A DNA stretch of 64,000 bases from a virus, in the IMG/VR virus record IMGVR_UViG_3300050821_015552, positions 15,811 through 79,810 of that record, one strand, 5' to 3'. The translations under genes and the position numbers were made by a program. The notes under the pieces were generated by a model, which saw only the letters and a program-made list of their open reading frames with translations, was not told the DNA's origin and did no database searches. Position 1 is the first letter of the stretch, and each line of letters starts with the position of its first letter. Below, one piece after another: positions 52,939-61,720 of the stretch.

Positions 52939-53949
52939 ATGAGGATCTTCGTGACGGGGGTAGCGGGGTTCCTGGGCAGTCATCTGGCCGATGCGCTGTT
53001 GGCACGCGGCGACATCGTTGTCGGTTGCGACAACCTGATCGGCGGCGATCTGGAGAACGTACCCGACGGCGTCGACTTCTACGTGGGCGACTGCAACGAT
53101 TTCGAGCGGCTGAAAAAGGCCATGCGAGCTGTCGATGTCGTCGTGCACGCCGCAGCGACCGCGCACGAAGGGCTGTCCGTTTTCAGTCCGCACGAGAACG
53201 CACGCCACGGCTACTCAGCCAGCGCTTCGGTGTTCTCGGCCGCATGCGCTACGGGTGTCCGCAGGGTCGTGTCAATGTCGAGCATGGCCAGGTACGGCAA
53301 TGGCGACGGCCCTCCGCCGTTCCATGAGGGGATGCGCCCTCGTCCAGAGGACCCTTATGGCATTGGCAAGTGGGCCGCTGAGATGCTGCTCGCAAACCTC
53401 GCCGAGACGCACGGCATAGAGCACGTCATCGCTGTGCCACACAACATCCATGGTCCAGCCCAGTGCTTCACGGACCCCTTTCGGAACGTGGTCAGCATCT
53501 TCGCAAACCGCATGCTCCAGGGACGCCAGCCGATCATCTACGGCGACGGCTCCCAGGAACGATGTTTTTCGTACATCGACGACGTGCTCTCGCCCCTTCT
53601 GAAGATGGTCACCCAAAACAACATCGTTGGAGAAACGATCAACATCGGACCAGACGCAGAAGTCGTCCCAGTAAAACGTGTGGCCGAGATCGTGGCAGAT
53701 GTACTGAACTTCCCGCTCGACCCCATCTTCAAACCGGGGCGTCCGCGCGAAGTGAAGTACGCACATTGTTCGGCCGACAAGGCTCGACGGCTGCTGGGCT
53801 ATGAGCCGAAGGTGTCCCTTGAGGATGGGATCGCGCGAACGGTTGCGTGGGTGAAGAAGAAAGGGCCGAAACCGTTTTCGTACCATCGACTCGACCTAGA
53901 GATCGAGTCCAACAAAACGCCAGAGACGTGGGCTAGGAGGCTGTTTTGA
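52939..53949 (+). CDS. NAD-dependent nucleotide-sugar epimerase/dehydratase
   Basis: TGVAGFLGSH, HAAA, YGIGK (YxxxK), GDGSQER. Confidence 0.93.
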   Translation: MRIFVTGVAGFLGSHLADALLARGDIVVGCDNLIGGDLENVPDGVDFYVGDCNDFERLKKAMRAVDVVVHAAATAHEGLSVFSPHENARHGYSASASVFSAACATGVRRVVSMSSMARYGNGDGPPPFHEGMRPRPEDPYGIGKWAAEMLLANLAETHGIEHVIAVPHNIHGPAQCFTDPFRNVVSIFANRMLQGRQPIIYGDGSQERCFSYIDDVLSPLLKMVTQNNIVGETINIGPDAEVVPVKRVAEIVADVLNFPLDPIFKPGRPREVKYAHCSADKARRLLGYEPKVSLEDGIARTVAWVKKKGPKPFSYHRLDLEIESNKTPETWARRLF

Positions 53950-54067
53950 ACGTCGCCGCCACACAGAGCACGGACAGACGGCGACGTCCCATAGAGGTCA
54001 AAGTTACCTGAAGGACGATCCGGTCATCATGGCGCGCGCAATCGCATACCTCCAAAGGACCACATGA
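53946..54067 (+). pseudogene. Deleted remnant of an Endonuclease VII-like homing endonuclease
   Basis: Encodes [19 protein letters not shown], matching the C-termini of the two intact EndoVII genes; TTGA and ATGA overlaps retained. Confidence 0.7.
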
Positions 54068-55029
54068 AGCGGGCGCTCATCACGGGGGTGTCCGGCCAGG
54101 ACGGCAGCCTGCTCGCCGAGCTGCTCGTCGGCAAGGGGTACGAGGTCCACGGCCTCATCCGCCGGTCGGCTTCGGGCAACCTCTCGCGCCTGACCGAGGT
54201 GCGCGACCGACTGGAGCTGCACGAAGGGGACCTGACCGACGAGGGCTCCTTGGCCCGCGTCGTCGCCGATGTGCGTCCTGACGAGGTCTACAATCTAGCC
54301 GCGCAGAGCCACGTGGGCTCCTCGTTCGCTGCCCCCATCGCCACGTGCGACGCGACCGGCCTGGGCGCGGTGCGCCTGCTCGAGGCAGTGCGCCACGCCG
54401 GACTGACTGAGACGCGGTACTACCAGGCGGGGACCTCGGAACTGTTCGGCGGCGTGTCCGATCCACCCCAGAGCGAGGTGACGCCGCTGCACCCGCGCAG
54501 TCCGTACGCGTACGCCAAGGCGATGGCCCACTACGCGACCATCAACGCTCGCGAGGCGTACGGTCTTTTCGCTTGCAACGGGATCCTCTTCAACCACGAA
54601 GAGCCAGGCCGGAGGGGTGAAGCGTTCGTCACGCGCAAGATCTCGCGTGCCGTCGCACGCATCAAGCTGGGGCTCCAAGAGAGCCTTACGCTCGGCAACC
54701 TCGAAGCCAAGCGGGACTGGGGACGAGCGAAGGACTACATCGAGGCGATGTGGCTCATGCTCCAGCAGGACAAGCCGCGCGACTACGTGATCGCGACCGG
54801 CGAGACCCACTCGGTGCGCGAGTTCGTCGATGTCGCGTTCGCGCACGTCGGGCTGCGCTGGGACAAGCATGTGACGACGGACACGGCGTTCAACCGGCCT
54901 TCCGAAGTGCACGTGCTCTGCGGCGACGCGTCCAAGGCCGCGCGAGAGCTCGGGTGGCGGCCGAAGACCGCATTCGCCGAGCTCGTCGCACTGATGGTCG
55001 ACGCGGACCTGGCGCTCGCTGGCGGCTAG
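54064..55029 (+). CDS. gmd: GDP-mannose 4,6-dehydratase
   Basis: [54 protein letters not shown]. Confidence 0.96.
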   Translation: MKRALITGVSGQDGSLLAELLVGKGYEVHGLIRRSASGNLSRLTEVRDRLELHEGDLTDEGSLARVVADVRPDEVYNLAAQSHVGSSFAAPIATCDATGLGAVRLLEAVRHAGLTETRYYQAGTSELFGGVSDPPQSEVTPLHPRSPYAYAKAMAHYATINAREAYGLFACNGILFNHEEPGRRGEAFVTRKISRAVARIKLGLQESLTLGNLEAKRDWGRAKDYIEAMWLMLQQDKPRDYVIATGETHSVREFVDVAFAHVGLRWDKHVTTDTAFNRPSEVHVLCGDASKAARELGWRPKTAFAELVALMVDADLALAGG

Positions 55030-55421
55030 CGCCGCCGCGCCCCGTTGCCGCCGGGAAGCTGCACCCCACCGCCCCGCATCATGGCCATCGCCTGGGCCTG
55101 AGCCTGCGCCTGGGCGGCCTGCTGCTTGGCGACGCCCTTGGCGGTCAGGGCCTCCTGCTGCTCGAAGATCAGGCGCCAACCCTCGCCGTCGACCTGGCGC
55201 GTCGTAGCGGTCCAGATCATCACCGTGTCGAGGATCCCCTTCTCGGCCGCCAGGCGCGACTTGCGCAGCACCGCGCCCACCAGATCCCAGCACTCCTCGT
55301 CGCTCGAGCAGCGGGCCACGATGATCGCGGTCTCGGCGTCGAACAGGGCGTGGGCCTCGGCCACCGTAGCGCACTCGTGGTTGGTACCAGTTTCCTCGCC
55401 GCGTCGATAGATCTTGATCAT
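55026..55421 (-). CDS. Hypothetical protein
   Basis: Coding-like ORF on the minus strand. Confidence 0.6.
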   Translation of the reverse strand: MIKIYRRGEETGTNHECATVAEAHALFDAETAIIVARCSSDEECWDLVGAVLRKSRLAAEKGILDTVMIWTATTRQVDGEGWRLIFEQQEALTAKGVAKQQAAQAQAQAQAMAMMRGGGVQLPGGNGARRR

Positions 55422-55474
55422 CAGGAGGCACTTCTAGCGTTGACGCGCTGCAAGCGCAAGCGTAGAGGTTGGAC

Positions 55475-55783
55475 ATGAACAGCGACCAGCGCTCTGTGTT
55501 TCAGAAGGCAGCCTACTCCGTCCTCTCGGGCGACCAGCGTCGAGCTCCCGCCGACCCGAAGCTCGGCGAGGCCCACAGCGGCGGCGGCCAGAAGCTCTCC
55601 GCCTTCAAGACCATCGACGTCACCGAGGACGGTGAGGTGGTGCTCACGACCCCGGATGGCCAGAGCGTCTCGGCGCCGCTGCAGTCGGACGGGATCTACA
55701 GTCCCAGCAACCGTCCGCTCGCTCCGGCGGACGTGCACGACGCGGTCTACTCGGCGGCGATCAGCGCGGCGGCGGCGCTGTAA
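55475..55783 (+). CDS. Hypothetical protein
   Basis: TTGACG-N17-TAGAGG-N6-ATG. Confidence 0.65.
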   Translation: MNSDQRSVFQKAAYSVLSGDQRRAPADPKLGEAHSGGGQKLSAFKTIDVTEDGEVVLTTPDGQSVSAPLQSDGIYSPSNRPLAPADVHDAVYSAAISAAAAL

Positions 55784-55786
55784 GCC

Positions 55787-56119
55787 ATGCCGCCGCTCTT
55801 TATCCTCGAGAACCGCTACCGCGCCAGCACCGAAGAGGGCGTCGTCGAAGGCACGACGCTGCACCGCGAGCCCGAATGGCCGAGCGCCAGGGCCACCCGG
55901 CCGATGACCGTCTCGGTCGTGCGCGTTCGCGGCGCCGTCAAGAACGTCAAGGTGCGCCTCGGCGAAGAGACGCTGGAGCTGCCCGTGGGCCTCAACGAGC
56001 TCAAGCCGCCGCGTGAGGTCAAGAAGGGTGACGCGCTCGACATCAGCTTCGCGGGCGACGGCTCGGTGGAGCTGGCGTGCGAGCGCGAGGACAGGCCGGT
56101 GAAGCCTAGGCTCCGATGA
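55787..56119 (+). CDS. Hypothetical beta-rich protein
   Basis: ORF, codon usage. Confidence 0.65.
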   Translation: MPPLFILENRYRASTEEGVVEGTTLHREPEWPSARATRPMTVSVVRVRGAVKNVKVRLGEETLELPVGLNELKPPREVKKGDALDISFAGDGSVELACEREDRPVKPRLR

Positions 56120-56349
56120 ACTTCGATCGCGACACCAAGGACTTCCTCGTCGCCGTCGAGAAGTCCAACACCCGGATGCTCACGGACATGTCGCGGGTCT
56201 TGGAGGCCAACGCCAAGAAGGACGATGATCGCGTGCGGGCCCTCATCACGGCGCAGCGAGAGACGACGGCGGCCGTGAACTGGCTGCTCATCGTCACCGT
56301 CCTGAACTTCGTGCTCGGCTTCGTCGAACTGCTGCGTCCCCATGGGTGA
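56116..56349 (+). CDS. Small protein with C-terminal TM
   Basis: WLLIVTVLNFVLGFV. Confidence 0.6.
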   Translation: MNFDRDTKDFLVAVEKSNTRMLTDMSRVLEANAKKDDDRVRALITAQRETTAAVNWLLIVTVLNFVLGFVELLRPHG

Positions 56350-57127
56350 GCACCGCCGTCGCAAGCCCCTGGTGGCCCTCGCCACCCCCATCGGCTCCTC
56401 CTGCTCCACGGAGTACACGAGATCGCTCGTGCTCTGCTTCGCGCAGCCCCACGAGTTCCCCGACTTCGCGCTGGCGCGCCTGGACTGCGTCGGGAGCCTC
56501 ATCCCCCACAACCGCAACATCCTGTGCGCCGACGCCATCGAGATGGGCTGCTCGGCGCTCGTCGAGGTCGACAGCGACATGGTCTGGACGCCCGAGGACG
56601 TGCGTGCCCTGGTCGCGCCGATCCTGCGGGGCCGGGCGGAGATCGTGGCCGCTCCCTGCTCGCCGCGCGTCATCGACTGGGACTACCTGCGCGAAGCTGC
56701 CGCGAGGGGTGAAGAAGACCTGTCGAGGCACATCGGCCCGGCGCACATGGAGCTTCTGCCAGAGGACGCCGACGCGAAACGGTTGCGGGGGTTCAAGCTG
56801 GGAAGCCACACCTACGTCCGCATGGCGCGCATGGGCCTGGGCATGACGGCCGTGGGCCGTGAGACGCTGCTTCGCTGCGCGCAGGTGGCGCCGAAGTACG
56901 GGCCGAACGCCATGACCGACGGCCGCGTGCTCGCCGACTTGCACCCCCAGGGCGTCGTCGAGGGCCAGTACGACAGCGAGGATATCGGCTTCTTCCGGTT
57001 CGTCGCGCCGACGCCGGTCTACGCGTGCGTCACGGCCGACGTGGGGCACGAGTCGGCGGGGAACGTCTTCCGACAAGATTGGTTCAACGGGATGCTGAAG
57101 AAGGGGTGGGCGTTCGAGAGCGAGTAG
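56342..57127 (+). CDS. GT-A fold glycosyltransferase-like protein
   Basis: LATP, SLIPHNRN, VDSDMVW (DxD), SEDIGF, VGH. Confidence 0.75.
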   Translation: MGEHRRRKPLVALATPIGSSCSTEYTRSLVLCFAQPHEFPDFALARLDCVGSLIPHNRNILCADAIEMGCSALVEVDSDMVWTPEDVRALVAPILRGRAEIVAAPCSPRVIDWDYLREAAARGEEDLSRHIGPAHMELLPEDADAKRLRGFKLGSHTYVRMARMGLGMTAVGRETLLRCAQVAPKYGPNAMTDGRVLADLHPQGVVEGQYDSEDIGFFRFVAPTPVYACVTADVGHESAGNVFRQDWFNGMLKKGWAFESE

Positions 57128-57746
57128 CGTTTCGCGCGATGCCTAGGAGCACATCCCTGAATCTGATTGGAGTTGCGAGGTTTTCTGCGGCGGTGAGACG
57201 CGAGGCGTTCACGCGCGGCGCGATCTCGCCCTTTCGGGCCGCGCGCTCCTCGGCCGAGTGGAAGCCGTAGTCGAGACGCGAGCGGGGCGCCGGGATCGAC
57301 CAGTCCAGCTCGGGACGATGGGGCGTGCTCTCGGAAGCGTAGAGCCACGTCAGCTTACGGGCTCGGTGGCCGTAGTTGCCTTGGGCGACGCAGCAAATGT
57401 ACCCGTTGCCGTCATCGGATCGTCGCCACCCTTCCCGCCATTCGGGACGACCGAGGCCATGGTGTGCAAACGCGTGCGACGCCTCCGGGTGCTCGAGCAC
57501 CCCGCCCCACCGACGAACGGAAGCGAGCGCCGATGCGAAGCAGCCGCCATCATCCCCCAGCACGCGACGCTCCCGAGCGGACGGACCTCCGTGCCAGTAC
57601 CTTCCCCACCGCTCGCACGGCGGATGCGCAACCACCGGCCACGGACCCGCGTACAGTCGGGCGTCCCTCGTGACGTCCCACGGATCGACGTCAGGAAGTC
57701 CGAAGTAGCAGCCGCCTGTGGCGACGAAGAGTGCGGCGACGGTCAT
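57084..57746 (-). CDS. Minimal DNA cytosine methyltransferase-like protein
   Basis: AHPPC (motif IV), VLEHP (VI-like), YGHRARKLTWL (VIII-like). Confidence 0.65.
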   Translation of the reverse strand: MTVAALFVATGGCYFGLPDVDPWDVTRDARLYAGPWPVVAHPPCERWGRYWHGGPSARERRVLGDDGGCFASALASVRRWGGVLEHPEASHAFAHHGLGRPEWREGWRRSDDGNGYICCVAQGNYGHRARKLTWLYASESTPHRPELDWSIPAPRSRLDYGFHSAEERAARKGEIAPRVNASRLTAAENLATPIRFRDVLLGIARNATRSRTPTPSSASR

Positions 57747-57961
57747 CGCCCCTCCGCGTGCCTCCGCTCCGCCTCTTTCGCCAGCCTCTCGTAGACCTCC
57801 GCGTCGAGCGGATGCCCCGCAGCCTGGGCCGCTTCGGCCGCCGTGCGCCACCGCTGGGCGCAGACGTCCCAGTCCTGGCGCGTGAGCCCCGACACGTACT
57901 CCTGCCGGCAGGCGTCTACCCAGAGCGTCAGCTCCGCTTCGGCTACAGCTGCCGGATCCAT
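57743..57961 (-). CDS. Hypothetical protein
   Basis: Coupled ORF. Confidence 0.55.
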   Translation of the reverse strand: MDPAAVAEAELTLWVDACRQEYVSGLTRQDWDVCAQRWRTAAEAAQAAGHPLDAEVYERLAKEAERRHAEGR

Positions 57962-58200
57962 GCTCGCAGCTCCAGGTAGGGGTCTCGCTCGCCGCCCGGC
58001 ATCCCGACGCAGCGGATGACGCGCCCGTCACGCAAGCGGGCGGACACTACGTGTGTCCCGTCCGGCTGCGTGTGCGACCAGTGGTCTACCTTCTTCGCGC
58101 GGGCCACCGCGACGGCCTTGGGGACCGGGCCGAAGATGGCGTCTTTGTAGCTGCGCAGGGTCACGTCCGGGTAGACGTAGCGTAGCAGCGTTTGATTCAA
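57943..58200 (-). CDS. Hypothetical protein (contains SYKDAIFG)
   Basis: TTGA coupling. Confidence 0.55.
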   Translation of the reverse strand: MNQTLLRYVYPDVTLRSYKDAIFGPVPKAVAVARAKKVDHWSHTQPDGTHVVSARLRDGRVIRCVGMPGGERDPYLELRAWIRQL

Positions 58201-58481
58201 CGGGTCATGCCCGCCATCGGCCCATCGAGCACCTTGCAGAGCCCGCACCGCTCACACTGCACCCATGTCGATGACGGAATGTCCACGGCCACGGGCATCG
58301 GGACCTTCTCGATCGGCTTGAACGTGTGGCCGCCCTGGGCGATGCAGGCCTCGATCTTCGCCTGCTGGCGTTCGTACTTGACCCGCGACCACCACGCCCG
58401 AGCGCGATGCTCGATCCAGTCGACGAGGTACAGGCAGCCGCCGACCCAGCCGATGGCGCGGCCGAACTCCGTCGGAGTCAC
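58197..58481 (-). CDS. Hypothetical protein (C...H...CERCG)
   Basis: GTGA coupling. Confidence 0.55.
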   Translation of the reverse strand: MTPTEFGRAIGWVGGCLYLVDWIEHRARAWWSRVKYERQQAKIEACIAQGGHTFKPIEKVPMPVAVDIPSSTWVQCERCGLCKVLDGPMAGMTR

Positions 58482-58657
58482 TTCAGCCCCGCCGCGATCT
58501 GCTTGATGGTCCCCCGATGCGACGTCCCCGATCCCGACAGGAAGCGCAGGATCGTGACCGGCTGCACCTCGACGCGCCTCGACACGGCCCCGATCCCATC
58601 GCGCTCGATGGCGGCGCGCAGGCGGGTGCGGAGGCGTTCGAGCTGGGCGGGGGTCAT
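58478..58657 (-). CDS. Small Cro-like HTH regulator (not in ORF track)
   Basis: MTPAQLERLRTRLRAAIERDGIGAVSRRVEVQPVTILRFLSG... Confidence 0.65.
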   Translation of the reverse strand: MTPAQLERLRTRLRAAIERDGIGAVSRRVEVQPVTILRFLSGSGTSHRGTIKQIAAGLK

Positions 58658-58742
58658 GCAGGAATGCTTTTACCGTTGCTGCCGGGCAAACACAAGTGTA
58701 CGCAAGAGGTATGGACGACGGCAGCGGCGGGGGTTTGCGGCG

Positions 58743-58895
58743 ATGGATCCAAACCTCGTCAGGGAGATCGCGCGCAAGGGCGGTGTGGCCGCTCACCAGG
58801 CGGGGACCGCACATTCCTGGACGACCGAAGAGGCTCGTGCTGCGGGGCGCAAGGGCGGCCAGGCGACACATGCAAAGAAGGCCGTGAAGGGATAG
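58743..58895 (+). CDS. KGG-repeat stress-induced protein (5' end possibly frameshifted from ATG 58711)
   Basis: RGFAAMDPNLVREIARKGG...EARAAGRKGG. Confidence 0.8.
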   Translation: MDPNLVREIARKGGVAAHQAGTAHSWTTEEARAAGRKGGQATHAKKAVKG

Positions 58896-58896
58896 G

Positions 58897-59529
58897 ATGA
58901 CGACCATGAAGCTCTCCCCGAACGCCGCCCACGTCATCGCCATCCTCCTGGCCTCCGCCGGAGCCGTCCTGCACTTCCTGCAGGTCAACCCCGACATCTC
59001 CAACGAGGCGCATGTGACGAGCAACGCCCTCATCACCCTGGGCTTCATCATCGCTCTGGTGAGCCAGAGCGTGTTCGGGACGGCGACACCTCCCACGCCG
59101 ACGCCGCTGGCCGGCACGGACAAGGATCCGGTCACCGCCGCCGCAGATGCCCTCAAGCCGCCGGCCGCCCATCGAGGCTTCCTGGGAGCGGCCTTCGTCG
59201 GCTTGGTGTCGGCCGTCATCGTGGTCGTGGCCGTGCTGCTGCCCGGGTGCAACCCCTCAACGCTTCCGACCATCGACACGGTGCTCAACGTCGTCGCGGC
59301 CGACATCCAGGCCGGTGACGCGCCCCCGCAGATCGACAGCGACGTGTGCAAGGCCATGGGCGGCTCGGCGACGACCGATGCCGTCTGCGCCAACGTGACG
59401 CTGCTGGTCGAGGACGCGCTGCAGCTACTGCTCGACGGCGGCAAGATCACCAGCACTCAGGCGGCTCCGTACCTCGCGGCTCACCCCAAGACAACGGTGA
59501 CGGTGACGGCTCCGGCGGGTGGCAAGTGA
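58897..59529 (+). CDS. Membrane protein (holin-like N-terminal TMs + internal lipobox-like LLPGC)
   Basis: Three hydrophobic segments. Confidence 0.65.
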   Translation: MTTMKLSPNAAHVIAILLASAGAVLHFLQVNPDISNEAHVTSNALITLGFIIALVSQSVFGTATPPTPTPLAGTDKDPVTAAADALKPPAAHRGFLGAAFVGLVSAVIVVVAVLLPGCNPSTLPTIDTVLNVVAADIQAGDAPPQIDSDVCKAMGGSATTDAVCANVTLLVEDALQLLLDGGKITSTQAAPYLAAHPKTTVTVTAPAGGK

Positions 59530-60422
59530 GCTTTCGTCGCGGCGCACGCCCCTCCCCGCGGCACCGGCTCGCCGCTGCCACACCGCACAAGGCGCTAGCT
59601 GTCGTTCCCGCGCAGCATCTCGTCGTGCCATCGACGCTGAGCATGTGGCTGAACCAGACCGACGGCGACTGCGTGACCGCAGAGGAGGCCTTCAACAAGG
59701 CGTGTGACGGCATCCTGATCGCAGACGCCACCGTGCAGGCGTGGGCGAGCACGAACAACGTGCTCAACGGTGCGGATCTCGATCAGGTGCTCACGCTCAT
59801 GCAGAGCGCCGGGTTCTCGCAGGACGGCAACATGTACAACGATGGCGCCGCGACCTCGGTGGACTGGACGACGCAGGCAGTGCTCCAGAGCGCCCTGTCG
59901 CAGGGGCGCGTGAAGATCGGCGTGGCCGCCGACCAGCTCGAGGCGCTTCAAAGCTCAACCTCGATCGGCGTCGCGAACGGTTGGGTGGCCACGGGCTTCA
60001 AGGCCGACTCCAACGAAGACCACTGCGTCTCGCTCTGCGGCTACGGAACCATCGCATGGCTCGCGCAGCTCCTGGGCGGCTCGGTACCGTCCGGAGTCGA
60101 CGGCACCCAGATCGGGTACGCCATGTTCACCTGGAGCACGATCGGCATCATCGACGAGCCGTCGCTCTTGGCGATCACCGGGGAGGCGTGGCTGCGGTCT
60201 CCCACCACCAAGATCGTCGGCACCGGTACACCGGCTCCCGACGTCGTCACGACCTACCCGGCGCCGGCCCCGACGCCGCCGGCCACCGGCCCCGCCACGC
60301 TCTCCAACGCCCAGGCGTGGGCCGCAGCGGGCATCCAGGGCGGCGACCCCCTGCAGTCGCAGGACGACGCCATCGCGAACGCGATCGCGGGCCTGGCGAA
60401 GTACTGGCCGAGCGGGTCATGA
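59526..60422 (+). CDS. Papain-fold cysteine peptidase-like protein
   Basis: MWLNQTDGDCV (Cys), DHCVSLCGY (His), TWS. Confidence 0.7.
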   Translation: MSFRRGARPSPRHRLAAATPHKALAVVPAQHLVVPSTLSMWLNQTDGDCVTAEEAFNKACDGILIADATVQAWASTNNVLNGADLDQVLTLMQSAGFSQDGNMYNDGAATSVDWTTQAVLQSALSQGRVKIGVAADQLEALQSSTSIGVANGWVATGFKADSNEDHCVSLCGYGTIAWLAQLLGGSVPSGVDGTQIGYAMFTWSTIGIIDEPSLLAITGEAWLRSPTTKIVGTGTPAPDVVTTYPAPAPTPPATGPATLSNAQAWAAAGIQGGDPLQSQDDAIANAIAGLAKYWPSGS

Positions 60423-60652
60423 GGGCGCTCGCGCTCATGCTGCTGGCGGGTTGCCAGCCCTCGCAGCCGGCGACATCGCTGACCGACCAGCAGATCACCG
60501 CCGAACTGGTGGACGCTGGCTGCTTCCCGGGCAACGCGTCCGATCTCGCGGCGGTACATGCCGAGCGCGCGAAGGATCCTCCTGCCGCTTGGATGGATTG
60601 TCTCGCGGGAGGAGGTACGGTCGCCGGTTGCACCGTGCCGTGCACCCGATGA
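60419..60652 (+). CDS. Small lipoprotein
   Basis: MRALALMLLAGC lipobox. Confidence 0.7.
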   Translation: MRALALMLLAGCQPSQPATSLTDQQITAELVDAGCFPGNASDLAAVHAERAKDPPAAWMDCLAGGGTVAGCTVPCTR

Positions 60653-60920
60653 TCCTCGCGATGGTCTGGGCCCTGTACGGCGCTGGCGTTCTCGTCTGCA
60701 TCCTCGCGGCGGCGCACCGATGACCAGTCCGGCCGCTCCATCGTGCTCGAGGCGCTCCGTCCGCAGGCCAACAACGCGCTGACCAGCAATGAGCCCAAAG
60801 ACCAACCGATCTGCGACGCGTGAACCAAGGCTCTCGACGAGATGCGCAAAGCGTGCGCGGCGTACGTCAAGGGTTGAGTAGACACCCCGCCGACCCCAAG
60901 CTGAGCGCCGCGTCAAGACG

Positions 60921-61028
60921 TTGAAGATCCTGGCGGCAGTCGCGGGTGTTGCCGGCGTCACCGCGGTCGTCGTCATCGTGATTCGCAAGCGGCGAGCGAA
61001 GAGACCGAAGAGCAGAAAGCGTTCTTGA
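60921..61028 (+). CDS. Very small TM protein with basic tail
   Basis: LKILAAVAGVAGVTAVVVIVIRKRRAKRPKSRKRS. Confidence 0.4.
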   Translation: MKILAAVAGVAGVTAVVVIVIRKRRAKRPKSRKRS

Positions 61029-61059
61029 CGGAACAGGTGCGGCGCGCATACATTTCACC

Positions 61060-61218
61060 ATGGCCTGGGACGCCCCCGACCCCCCGCAGCAAGTCGCTGC
61101 GCAGATGGAGAACGCGGTCTACCGTGACGGCGTCTGGTACAGGCTGGTCGAGTGGCCGGTGCTGCGGCTGGGCAGGTTGGCGGCTGAGGAGATTCGTAGG
61201 CCAGCGAGGGCCGCGTGA
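61060..61218 (+). CDS. Small hypothetical protein
   Basis: Follows TTGACG-N18-TACATT; GTGA-coupled to the next gene. Confidence 0.45.
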   Translation: MAWDAPDPPQQVAAQMENAVYRDGVWYRLVEWPVLRLGRLAAEEIRRPARAA

Positions 61219-61364
61219 ACGACCTCGCCGCCTTCAGCTGGGCCTGGAAGTTCTGGCGCCTCGCCGTGGGACCGAACGACGGCATCATCATCACCGACTC
61301 CAGCGGCGAGTGGTTGCGTCTGTTCGGCCAGACGTGGTGGCTCGCCAAGAGGGCGCCGTCGTGA
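61215..61364 (+). CDS. Small Trp-rich hypothetical protein
   Basis: Coupled on both sides. Confidence 0.45.
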   Translation: MNDLAAFSWAWKFWRLAVGPNDGIIITDSSGEWLRLFGQTWWLAKRAPS

Positions 61365-61720
61365 TGGCCCTGCGCCACGCGCCCCCCTCTTCCCCTCTCG
61401 TCGCCCCCGACGACGACGGCGAGATGTCGGTGGCAATCGCCGACGAGCTGGCGCGCACGATGAACCCGAGCGACCTGCGGATGTTCGCGTGGCTGCTCAA
61501 GGAGCGTCGGGTGGAGCTCGACGAGTCGGTGCAGCCGCTTAGTCCAACGGCGCCGCGCCTGGATCCGTTCGATATGTTCTACTGGCAAGCCTTCGGTTTG
61601 CTCCAGGTCGAGACCGATCCCGCCGGCCGCATGTTCCTCTGCTCGACGCCCGTGCTGGCGGACTTCATGAACCGTCCCGTTGATGGCGAGCCGAGGAAGC
61701 GGAGGCGTCGTGGCCACTGA
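61364..61720 (+). CDS. Hypothetical protein
   Basis: TGATG coupling. Confidence 0.6.
   Translation: MALRHAPPSSPLVAPDDDGEMSVAIADELARTMNPSDLRMFAWLLKERRVELDESVQPLSPTAPRLDPFDMFYWQAFGLLQVETDPAGRMFLCSTPVLADFMNRPVDGEPRKRRRRGH

Noticed and set aside
50188-60823. Stop-codon reassignment (TAG at 50190, TGA at 60821)
   Set aside because: TAG and TGA terminate many well-defined genes here, and reading through 50190 hits another stop within 20 codons
60649-60877. Decayed gene after the small lipoprotein
   Set aside because: Coding-like fragments in two frames with an internal TGA, but no recognisable family; cannot be supported
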